Part shown: piece by piece, positions 48,181 to 59,254 of the stretch
Layout: each line of letters starts with the position of its first letter
How positions within the stretch are numbered: position 1 is the first letter of the stretch
Assembly: GCA_002269645.1 (NCBI GenBank)
Contig: NIVC01003337.1
Coordinates: 39,463-103,462, forward strand
Reading direction: 5' to 3'
DNA from: Macrostomum lignano
Taxonomy: Eukaryota
Length of the DNA stretch: 64,000 nt
Translations under genes and position numbers: made by a program
The notes under the pieces: generated by a model
The model's database searches: none
What the model was told of the DNA's origin: nothing
Seen by the model: only the letters and a program-made list of their open reading frames with translations

Positions 48181-48629
48181 ACAATGCACTTTCAAATTCT
48201 CGGAGACAAGTGTCGATTATTGAGCTAATTGAGGAAAATCAGTTAACGAAAAACAAACAGAGCTGTCTCAATGTTCAGACTGAGTTAAGTCAGATTGAAT
48301 TGGATAAAAATTGGACAGTGTCTGGGGCGAAAGGCCAAACGTATATACATTCAGTTAGTGAGTGTGACTTGGGCGTAGGTTAAAAAGGGATGTTATTAAC
48401 CTACAGATAACGACAGTTCACGCTTATTTGCGCATCCGAGGTCTTTCCGTCATTGACACCAAAAAGACAGACACAGATCGTACGAGCGCACTTAATCTGC
48501 TGATATTCCTCGTTTTGTGCTTTCAGTCTTCATTCTTCATTGACGCTTGGCCATTGCACTGGTAGAGAAAGAGCCAAGGAAATGAGCGTGAGCCGTCATA
48601 TCTGTAGGCCATAGGGTAATATACCAATA

Positions 48630-48756
48630 CCATAGACCTTGTGAGGGCAGAAAGATGGAGAATCCGAGGGTCGCGAATAGATAGTTAGATAGATAAGATA
48701 GATAGATAGAAGCGACCCTAGGATTCTACATCTTTCTGCCCTCACAAGGTCTATGG
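48630..48756. repeat. 45-bp inverted repeat with a GATA-microsatellite spacer (mini-MITE/hairpin)
   Basis: Arms 48630-48674 and 48712-48756 are reverse complements with 2 mismatches. Confidence 0.9.
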
Positions 48757-49437
48757 CATGGATGAAGGAATTCACTGGATTGCTCATCTGAAATAGTCTA
48801 TGGTCGAGTTCTTTCCTCCAAACTTGGAATTCACCCCTAGGAATCTATTGGCTGATGAAAGTTAAAAATTTCGTCATCGTCTCGTCATGATGCGAACCGC
48901 TTATAACGCCACCGTGAATCGATTTTAAGTCAAGGAGAGACATGTATCGAGACAGTACTTCTACTGTATGTTTAATGCAATTCAAGATATTCAGCAGAGA
49001 AACAGAAATTACAGTAAACTTGAGACGTACGAAGCATTAACCCGTGAGTACTATACATGCACCGTCGTCCAAGAGGTCAACAACAGTTCAGCTCGACCTG
49101 CAGGTCTATATATTGGTTTCTAAAGGAGCGCTACTTTTATAGGGGCGCAACTTTTTTATGCTGCAATCTTGTCGACGCTAGTTTGGGGTGACCCTTTGTC
49201 AACTGCAGTGCGCGTGTAATTTTTATGCACATGGTAAGAGATCGACGTTGTATGCTCTTTCCAATTTTATTAAATATTCGAACTGAATGCATGGCATACA
49301 TGTATCACAATAGTGATACAGGCTGAAATCGCCTGACAAAAGTTTGCAATCTGTAATCTATTGGATCAAGGGATTCAGAACCATTCAAGCGGATTCGAAT
49401 GGATATTTTCGGTGCTACTGTGCGAGCGCGGCCCCTC

Positions 49438-50584
49438 TCAGCCGCGAACGTAGAACTGCAGGCCCTGAATGCTCAGCAGAGCAGCCGGAATGGCGGGCAC
49501 GTCCATGAAGTGGCACAGGTGCAGCTGCTGGGAGAATAGCACGGCCTGGCAGTCCCCGGTGCACAGGTAGATGCAAGTAGCCAGGCTGAAGCCGCTGGCA
49601 GACCGGTAGCTGATCCGAAACGCATTCAGTTTGAGATAGGACTCGTTGCCAGGTACGAACTTGTTCGGGTCTGCAAAAAAAGTTCGTTGAAACTCAAAAC
49701 TGTAGGCTGTACGTCCATGACGTCTGGCCGTCTGACCGGTAAAGGCTTTATTTTTACAAAATATTTATCGCTCAGAAAAAATACAAAGCGAAGAGAATTT
49801 AACTTCAAGCAGCGTTCATCAGCACGTCTAGAAAAAGGATCCCAAACAGCAATCCGACGTCGGCGCGACTTTTTGATGACGTCGTTTTCTGTCGATGCAA
49901 TGCAAAAAAGTATGTATTTGTCATCGAACGTCGATAAACCTCGAGAACGCTGGTCGACGTTGTCGACATCGGATTGCTGCTGTACGGGGGTGGCTTCAAG
50001 ACGTATCATGTACGCACATATGCAACCAGCTGTACGGGGATGGCTTCAAGACGTGTCATGTACGCACATATGCAACCAGCTGTACGGGGATGGCTTCAAG
50101 ACGTGTCATGTACATGCACATCTGCAACCAAAAGCAAAGCATGCTCACGAGTGTAGTGCTGCCGGAACACCGAGTTACGAAAAGCGGATCCACATTTCTG
50201 AGTGATGTTGCCACTGCATGTTTTAAAGCAATCACTCTCACTCATTTGTATTTGACCGTAGGAGCTCCCACAGAAGCAGTGAAAACCGGTCTGAACTCCA
50301 AAGTACGGGTGACTGCCGAGAGCGCACAGGGCGCTGCACAGCTCGTGTGTCATGCTGTGGCTGGAGGCCCTGAACAGCTCTAGTTGATGAAGACCGACAC
50401 CGCCAATCTTGGTGATGTCGTAGTTCCTCTGGTCAGTCATCTGCCACAGACCGTTGATGGCGTCCAGGTAGCAGCCGACGTAGGTGAAGTTGCGGCCCCT
50501 GCCGGCGCTCGAGGCGATGCCGATGACTCGACAGGCGAGCAGCAGGCCGGCTGCCAGGAGGATGAAGCTGTTCAGACATCGCAT
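49438..50584 (-). CDS. Secreted WSC-domain + PAN/apple-like protein, copy B (intact, 222 aa)
   Basis: Exon 1 50584-50149 (436 nt, phase-1 donor gtgagc) and exon 2 49670-49438. Signal peptide MRCLNSFILLAAGLLLAC; WSC pattern YVGCY..CSALC..YFGVQ.G.HCFCG..C...CSG...CG; C-terminal C-x3-C-x2-C..F..C apple-like pattern. Confidence 0.85.
49980..50130. repeat. 50-bp unit in three tandem copies in the intron of WSC copy B
   Basis: ctgtacgggg.tggcttcaagacgt.tcatgtac starts at 49980, 50030 and 50080; copy A has a single unit. Confidence 0.92.
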
Positions 50585-51344
50585 GATCAGCTGCGTCTTT
50601 GTGAAATCAAGGATTATTGACTTACCTAAGACTTGAAATTATTTTTTGAGTTGGCTACGGATTCGAGCTTTATTAGCGATCTCAAGCCAATTATTTTAAA
50701 AGCCTTAAGAGTTTCTACTTTCAGAGCATTTGAAATCCCAAAGCTATTCATTAAAATTGCCATTCAGCACTCCTTTTTGATTTTTATTTAGAAAAATAAA
50801 TCAAATTGAGATCTATTGATGCTCAACAATTGAAAGCAGACCCAAGAACCATGTGGGTCCTTAAGCAGGCAATGTTTAGATTTTTCGAAAAAAATAAAAA
50901 TTTTGGTAAATTAGATAGGCCGATGCAAGGCAACGGACGAGCTGCTCCCATTATATCTACTCCGAAATTCATAATGCGTGTACGATGTACGTCAGGTTAG
51001 CGTGAAACACAACCCTGCACAGATTTATAGGCAGGTATGGTTAACATACATTATAGCTAGTTAGTGCAATCGTATGCAAGTAGCGCGCATGCAGTTCTGT
51101 GGTTCCGGTTTATCTCGCTTTAGTGGCCAGGCACTTAAGGAGGCGTTCATATATACTCAGAAACTGCTCCATGGTGTGATGTCTATACTCGTACAAGCTG
51201 TTGAAAACCGCGGATTTTTTAACACAATAGATCAGAAGACTTTCTAAGACTATGCAAACACTTACAGCATCAGGACAGTAATCTAACTAAATAGTTTTTA
51301 GGTAAGAAGATGAGATTAATTTGCAGCTGTTAAATAAAATGAAA

Positions 51345-53660
51345 AACACCCGGCCATGGACAGGAACACCCAGCCATGGACAGGAACACCCAGCCATGGA
51401 CAGGAACACCCAGCCATGGACAGGAACACCCAGCCATGGACAGAAACACCCAGCCATGGACAGAAACACCCAGCCATGGACAGAAACACCCAGCCATGGA
51501 CAGGAACACCCAGCCATGGACAGGAACACACAGTCATGGACAGGAACACTTAGCCATGGACAGGAACACCAAGCTATGGATAGAAACACTCAGCTATGGA
51601 TAGAAACACCCAGCTATGGACAGAAACACCCAGCTATGGATAGAAACACTCAGCTATGGATAGAAACACCCAGCTATGGATAGAAACACCCAGCTATGGA
51701 CAGGAACACCCAGCTATGGATAGAAACACTCAGCTATGGATAGAAACACCCAGCTATGGATAGAAACACCCAGCTATAGATAGAAACACCCAGCTATGGA
51801 CAGGAACACCCAGCCATGGACAGGAACACCCAGCTATGGACAGGAACACCCAGCTATGGACAGGAACACCCAGCTATGGACAGGAACACCCAGCTATGGA
51901 CAGGAACACCCAGCTATGGATAGAAACACCCAGCTATGGATAGAAACACTCAGCTATGGACAGGAACACCCAGCCATGGACAGGAACACCCAGCTATGGA
52001 CAGGAACACCCAGCTATGGACAGGAACACCCAGCTATGGATAGAAACACTCAGCTATGGATAGAAACACCCAGCTATGGATAGAAACACCCAGCTATGGA
52101 TAGAAACACCCAGCTATAGATAGAAACACCCAGCTATGGATAGAAACACCCAGCCATGGACAGGAACACCCAGCCATGGACAGAAACACCCAGCCATGGA
52201 CAGGAACACCCAGCTATGGACAGGAACACCCAGCTATGGACAGGAACACCCAGCCATGGACAGGAACACCCAGCTATGGACAGGAACACCCAGCCATGGA
52301 CAGGAACACCCAGCTATGGACAGGAACACCCAGCTATGGACAGGAACACCCAGCTATGGACAGGAACACCCAGCTATGGACAGGAACACCCAGCTATGGA
52401 CAGGAACACCCAGCTATGGATAGAAACACCCAGCTATGGATAGAAACACTCAGCTATGGACAGGAACACCCAGCCATGGACAGGAACACCCAGCTATGGA
52501 CAGGAACACCCAGCTATGGATAGAAACACCCAGCTATGGATAGAAACACCCAGCTATGGACAGGAACACCCAGCTATGGACAGGAACACCCAGCTATGGA
52601 TAGAAACACTCAGCTATGGATAGAAACACCCAGCTATGGATAGAAACACCCAGCTATGGATAGAAACACCCAGCTATAGATAGAAACATCCAGCTATGGA
52701 TAGAAACACCCAGCCATGGACAGAAACACCCAGCCATGGACAGGAACACCCAGCCATGGACAGGAACACCCAGCCATGGACAGGAACACCCAGCTATGGA
52801 CAGGAACACCCAGCCATGGACAGGAACACCCAGCCATGGACAGGAACACCCAGCTATGGACAGGAACACCCAGCCATGGACAGGAACACCCAGCTATGGA
52901 CAGGAACACCCAGCTATGGATAGAAACACTCAGCTATGGATAGAAACACCCAGCTATGGATAGAAACACTCAGCTATGGACAGTTACACCCAGCCATGGA
53001 CAGGAACACCCAGCTATGGACAGGAACACCCAGCTATGGATAGAAACACCCAGCTATGGATAGAAACACCCAGCTATGGACAGGAACACCCAGCTATGGA
53101 CAGGAACACCCAGCTATGGATAGAAACACTCAGCTATGGATAGAAACACCCAGCTATGGATAGAAACACCCAGCTATGGATAGAAACACCCAGCTATAGA
53201 TAGAAACACCCAGCTATGGATAGAAACACCCAGCCATGGACAGAAACACCCAGCCATGGACAGGAACACCCAGCCATGGACAGGAACACCCAGCCATGGA
53301 CAGGAACACCCAGCTATGGACAGGAACACCCAGCCATGGACAGGAACACCCAGCCATGGACAGGAACACCCAGCTATGGACAGGAACACCCAGCCATGGA
53401 CAGGAACACCCAGCCATGGACAGGAACACCCAGCTATGGACAGGAACACCCAGCCATGGACAGGAACACCCAGCCATGGACAGGAACACCCAGCTATGGA
53501 CAGGAACACCCAGCCATGGACAGGAACACCCAGCCATGGACAGGAACACCCAGCTATGGACAGGAACACCCAGCCATGGACAGGAACACCCAGCTATGGA
53601 CAGGAACACCCAGCTATGGACAGGAACACCCAGCTATGGACAGGAACACCCAGCTATGGC
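51345..53660. repeat. 20-bp satellite array B (CCCAGCYATGGAYAGRAACA)n, same family and orientation as array A
   Basis: About 115 tandem units; the variant cagctatagatag recurs at ~51776, 52116, 52676 and 53196. Confidence 0.97.
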
Positions 53661-54295
53661 AGTTGCACAAAAAGCCCATAAGTTAAACCTCCAGCCAATT
53701 TAAAACCCAACTCGCAGTGTGAAAGAAATTGCAGATTTATTTCCCATACTGGACAGGAGTGAGAGCGCACGTTTTTATTTATTGATTTTTGACTGCGTTT
53801 ATAACGGCTATAGCAATAATATTATGACGTAAAAAACATCTAAAAAGTTAAACAGGGTGATGACGGATACAAACAGTTTGACTGAGAGCGCTTTAAACAG
53901 AAACACGCTTAGCACAATACAAATTATCAAGGAGTTAAAACAAAAAAGAATGCTTCATATAACGAGTAGCCAACGATTGGTTGATGAATGATGCTGGCCT
54001 AAAGTTAAAAACTGAGTTTTAATTAGGTAGGCATAAATAATTTAGTAGAGTATTTATAAGCTCAAAAATGTAAGCCTTCAAAGAAATTATGAATTATTAC
54101 GGTGCAACTAATTAATATATCGCGATTAATGAGAAGTCGAAGTTAATTAGGAGAAATTCGAGAGTAAATTACTTTGAAAAAGCAATTGTCTTAATAATAA
54201 GAAAGCAGCTGCAAATGTGGAATGAACTGAGTGAAGAGTAAGCGTAAGCTACACTTCGTGAATATAATATCAGTTTAGTTATAATAGCAGTCAAA

Positions 54296-54565
54296 TTAAT
54301 AATAATAATAAATACTTCATTACACCTGCCCTAATGGGCAGATGTGCAACCGACAGCTCAGCCGCAGCTGTTGCGTGGCGCATCTGAAGGCTGCGTACGG
54401 CTATTCAGTCCAATGACTGGGGGTCGCCACACCCTCAATTACCCCAGCTAATGCTGGCACCCATTTTACAGCTGGGTGAACTGAAGCAGTGCAGAATTAA
54501 TTGCCTTGCTCAAAGACACCATGCAGTTGTTATAGTGGTATCGGGAATCGAACCCACGACCTTCA
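54296..54565 (-). mobile_element. 5'-truncated tRNA-derived SINE (CORE/V-domain-like)
   Basis: Minus strand: B-box GGGTTCGATTCCC, then gtgtctttgagcaaggcaattaattctgcactg..cccagctgtaaaatggg, ending in a (TAT)n-type tail. A related 3' fragment (ttgcgtggcgcatc.ga.ggctg) lies at ~34595. Confidence 0.6.
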
Positions 54566-54645
54566 AGGTAACTTTTCAAGGTAAAAAACTTTTTAAGTTT
54601 CAAAAGCTATTCAAGACTATGCAAAAAGCCAATTAGGTTCAGGGA

Positions 54646-57600
54646 TCACTTGGGCTCACTCGTGGCGCTCTCGCAGCGCTGCAGCATCTCGGCGATCTTG
54701 TTGCCGAACGGATCTTCGCCACGGCGAGTCTGGGCGATCATTTCGGCAGATTTTCGAGCCTCTGCTAGGTACTTGACGCGGCTCTGCCAGCCAGGCGTCT
54801 GCTCCATCTCCTGGCTGCTAATGAGGTTATCAATGTACTGCACTACGCCTAGAGGGTACTGCCGAAGTGCCAGCTGATCAAGAGCTTCAAAGCACTTGTG
54901 AATTGTCACAATGTTGTACGTGAGCTCCTGGTGCTCTGCCGAGAGTTCTTCTCTCAGAGTTTCAATCAGTTTCCGTTTAGCCTCCCGATCTTTGACGCTG
55001 AGCTCGTACTTCTCAAAGATCTCCGTCACGCTGACGATCTCCTCCTCGGTGGTGTGCACGAAGTAGTGATCCGAGCACTCGTGCTCCTTCCAGCTGCACT
55101 TTTTCGGGCACACGGAGCAATTGCCAAAGAGCGTGAAAACTCGGCACTTTTTCCTGCTTTCTGGAAGTCCCCTGGAACAGTCGTTGTGGCAGGTGTTCTC
55201 GCACACTCTGCAGCGCATCACGTAGCGACCAGGACCTGGAGTCTTCTTCACCTTTTTCGGCACCATCACTTTCCGAGTCTTGTTCATGTCGGCGTCCTTG
55301 ATCACGGCGTCCAATGTATCCACGAGGTTGAGCTGCTCTTCAAGTAGAGCCATTTTATCGAAGCACACCTGCACCTTTTCCCACATCTTCTCCTTTGAGT
55401 GCTCCAGCGTGCTGCGCTGCCTCAAAACATTTCGAGTGGTCTTCAGGGAGATCGCATCAGCTTTGCTTAGCCAATCGAACAGCTCAGAGTAGCTAAACCA
55501 GGCCTGCTCCCAATCGAGCTGGCTCGCCCGAAGAGCCATTTGATGCTTTTTCTCTTCTGCTGAACAGGCACCCTGCGGTTCCGGCTCTGAGTTGTCGGAG
55601 TAAAGCACGCCATTGTTAAACTTCAGGATTTGCTTATACGGTACATTGTGCTCGCTTAGAGCAGCCAGTGCCTGTGGCTCATTGCTGTCTGCAAATGTCA
55701 TGACCGGAAGAATTATCTTTGCGATATCCTTTCCAAACAGGGATAGAACCTGATCGAAAATGTACTTTTGTGTCGGGGTCAGTCGGTTTTGAGACGCCTT
55801 AACCACAAAGCCAACGGCGTGCAGGATGCCCGTCATTCCTGGAATGCAGGTGCTGTCTTCTCCGAGCACTCGGGCGATCTTCTTAACGACTCGCTGATCC
55901 TCTTCGAGACCCCGGGTGTCTCCGAAGCCGGGAGTATCGATGACGGTCAGCGGGCAGTCCAGGGCACTTCTGCCCGAGCTGCACCCGCCCGAGGTGTCCA
56001 CCGGATGAAGAGTATACAATGACACCTTGGACGTCTGAGAATGCGCCTGGTTAATAATTTGACTTATTCTATTTGAAGCAGTGGATTCCAACGCCGAACA
56101 TTCCGGGGCGGTTTCAGAAATCAAGCGCAGTCGAAAGTTGTCCTTGTATTCAACTTTGTAGAAGGCATTTACAAGCGCGTTGATGAATCTGGTTTTTCCT
56201 GTGCCAGTCTCGCCCACAACCAGCAGGTACTTCCCTGGACTGCTTTTGCACGCGCCAATGTCGAATGACTCAGGGCAGATGCAGTGGTCCGCAGGGCACT
56301 GGCAGCTCTCAGGCAGCTTTAGGAGTCTCATTTTGAGCTGGAAAATCTCGCCAGGAAACGCTTCGTCGCCTTCTTTCCTCACGGGCTTCGACTCGCACAT
56401 GATCTTTCGCACGTACTCGGAGCAGAGCTCCAGAGGCAGCGTTTCAAAACGGACGCTACGGGACTCAACTGAATCCCCAAACGGAGTCACTGTAGAGATC
56501 TTGGCCTTGAATTTGCTACTTGGATCGAGCTCGTGAACGTCAGTAGTGACTTCGTCAGTGAGTTTCGTGACGACAAGCTCACTCGAGTCTTTTTTGGAGG
56601 AAACGTAGATATTAATTCGGTACTGCACAGCTGGCGCAAATTCGCTCTTCACGGCCGACCATGAAAACTTGGCCCGAGTGGACTTAATTTCCTCGCATGA
56701 CAGATCCTTCGGTGGTGGCGGAATCTCCAGAGCGCACCACTGGTGTCCCTTTCTGTACTTTTTTATAATTTCGATTCGGTCCGTATTGTTGCGACCGGCT
56801 TCGCTAATTAGAGCTGCAGAAACGGTGAATTTATCGTCTGTTCTGTTTCTTTCAACAATGGACACAAGCTCGTTCACCAGTACAATGATCTTTTCATGCT
56901 CTTCAGTGTCATGCCAGGTATCCCGGCTCCGCTCCACAGTAGAGTAATTGCTTTCACCATTGAGGAATCTCTGAAGACTTTTTAAATAGAAAGATATCGT
57001 TGGAAAATTAAGCTCAACTAGAAGCTTCTGTTCAGCTGATTTTTCAAACTGCTGTTTGTCTGTGGCATCCTTGATGAGCTTGATGCCCACTGAGCTCAGT
57101 TGAGCTGCCAACGCCTGCAGAGCGATGCACTCCCTCTCTCGATTCGAAATCCAGTCAAGAAGCTGGGCGGGTCCGAACGGAGAATTGTCCCGGAAATTGG
57201 TCAACAGCTTGGTAATTTTATCGCATCCTTTATTGTGCTCTCGAGCATCTGGCAGAGTCTTCAGCAGCTTTTCCGTGTATCTGGTCTTTATCACTTCTAC
57301 CATATTCACGAACTCTGAAAGCTCTGCACGCTGCGTCTGCCACGGACTCGATGCCAGCACACGCTGCTGTGTTCCGGCCGCGCTGATGGAATCATTGAGC
57401 CTCTGAAGATAGTCGCCAGCTTCGTTCAGCTGCTCATCCGTGATCTTCCGTTTCAGCATAACTACTTTGCCTCCAAGCGTGCTCAGAGGTGTCAAGTAAG
57501 CCACCAGTGGAGTCTCGGCGCTGTCGCTTGAGAAGCTGCTCACACAGCCGAACGCCTCTCGCAAAGTCGTCGGTGGAGATTCGACATCGAAGTCACCGAA

Positions 57601-59254
57601 GTAGCGACACTTCACTCTGTCATACACACTGTCGTCAAAGTCGCTGCTGTACTTGGGCGGCGCGTCGGACTCATTGAAGGCGACTTTTAGAGCGGACACC
57701 ATCGACTCGAGACTCTCTTCCGACGCTGAGGCCTCGCCAAGCAGCTCTCTCTCCTTTTCGAACACGAGAAAGGCATTGGCTCCGAACTTGATGCCCGTCA
57801 CCACATGGGTCGCCGGGGTGTCCGCCAGCTGTTGTGGAAACTCGACGCCTCCACTTGGCTCCAAGTGCAGCTCGTCGAACCTTGTGACAATCCGGTAGGC
57901 CAGAGTGACTTCCTCAGAGTTGAGACTGGTCTTTGAGTCGTTCAGGTACCGACCAGAGCCTTCGACCTCGGTGTTGCCACACAGGAAGCCGAGCTTCAGA
58001 TCCGGACTGAGTTTGAGCAGTTTCGCCTTGTCCGAAAATGTGCACTCTTTTTCGATGCTGATAGTTCGAGTCACTTCCACTTGACTTTTGGTCATGTCGA
58101 GCGTCGCGGCTTGCGACCACAGCTTGGTCCCGGTGATGAAGCGGTCGTTTCGCGCATCGTACAGCGTGCCGAGAGCGACGGGTCGGCCCAGACAGGCAAT
58201 TCGGAGGTCTTTGTCTTTGAAGGAACCGTGGGCATCTGAACAGCAAAGTAGTGTGGAAACAAGAATGTTAAAAAGTGTGGGACTTAACACGTTTGGATCT
58301 ACCACAGGTACTTTGCTAGCTTTGGTACTGAGACATGCGGTATGTAGTGGTACGTTAAACAATCAATAAAAAGCGCTGTTGCTTCGATCGTGAAATTTTT
58401 TAAATCTCTAGCGGTGACCAAAGTGTGGGTGGCAAAAAGCAAGGACAGCAAAAGTTTCCTAGACAACCGATAGTGTCAATCGTGATATGCAGGGTGGTTC
58501 AGAAAGGCCTCCCTGGCTTTTCTGAGTACTGGGTTGATGGATTGGGCACAACCTTGACCTGCTTAAACTTTTTAATGATATTTTTACTTTAGAAGCTTGT
58601 TACTTGCTTCAATAATCTTGAAATTACACTACCGGACGTATCTGCTGTATTTCAGTTCTCTGCATGGCTTATACGTCAGTTGAGAGATTCAAAATGACGT
58701 CCTGACTTTAAGAGACTTTAAGAGGTATAGACAACTATGGGCCGTCAGGTTGAGAAGTTACTAACAGCTTTACAGCAGATTGTTACAATTGTGCTTAAAC
58801 ACAAGTCAATGCATGTAATAAAAAGCTGTGTTTAAGAAAACTGCTCTGTTTTTTTAACCGAGAGACCTTACTGGACCACTCTGTATAGCTTTATACAATG
58901 CCATTCGAGAAACAGATTAGGAGTATCGTCACAGGTACATGTAAGTCATTGGTAGTGCATTCACGAATGAGAAATGAGGTGGTGAATCAACTAAGAAGCA
59001 CTGGTCGAAAGCATTTGGCGCATGGCTAAATAGTACACAAGCAGTATTGATTTGATTTAAGAAATATCGGCAACCGCATGCATTTGGCCAGCCAGAAAGA
59101 AGCAAGAGAAAGTTCACTGTCTGCCATTTTACTTTCGGAATTATGCTAACGACTTTACGTTAGCATACGTTAGCATAACGCACTCACCAGCCGGCGGTCT
59201 CCGCTTGAACTTCTTCTTGAAGGCACTCCTAGCGGCCGAGAGCTTCTTATTCAT
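54646..59254 (-). CDS. Stonustoxin-like MACPF - FN3 - TRAFAC GTPase - coiled coil - Cys-rich fusion protein (copy B, ~1218 aa)
   Basis: Exon 1 59254-59188 (MNKKLSAARSAFKKKFKRRPPA, phase-1 donor gtgagt) and exon 2 58235-54646 (gttcag acceptor). SNTX-type motifs as in copy A; G1 GETGTGKT, G3 DTPGFGD, G4-like TFAD, KFNN; CRVCENTCHNDC..C..CSVCPKKCSWKEH. Confidence 0.9.

Larger units (their letters stand above)
49110..50950. repeat. Segmental duplicate of ~29840-32740 (WSC gene with flanks)
   Basis: Shared exons, intron and flanks, e.g. ggtttct(g/a)aaggagcg at ~29845/49115 and gccgatgc(c/a)aggca(g/a)cggac(a/g)agctgctccc at ~32708/50919. Confidence 0.9.

Noticed and set aside
39133-53703. Dozens of MDRNTQPWTG / MFLSMAG ORFs; CRISPR-like appearance
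   Set aside because: They are translations of a stop-free 20-bp satellite. There are no unique spacers or cas genes, and the context is eukaryotic.
54543-54556. tRNA gene suggested by the B-box
   Set aside because: No A-box or cloverleaf; the downstream sequence is a SINE body.
58870-58882. 9-nt microexon for toxin copy B (acag|AGTGGTCCA|gtaagg)
   Set aside because: Frame-compatible but unnecessary and unsupported; exon 1 splices directly in phase.
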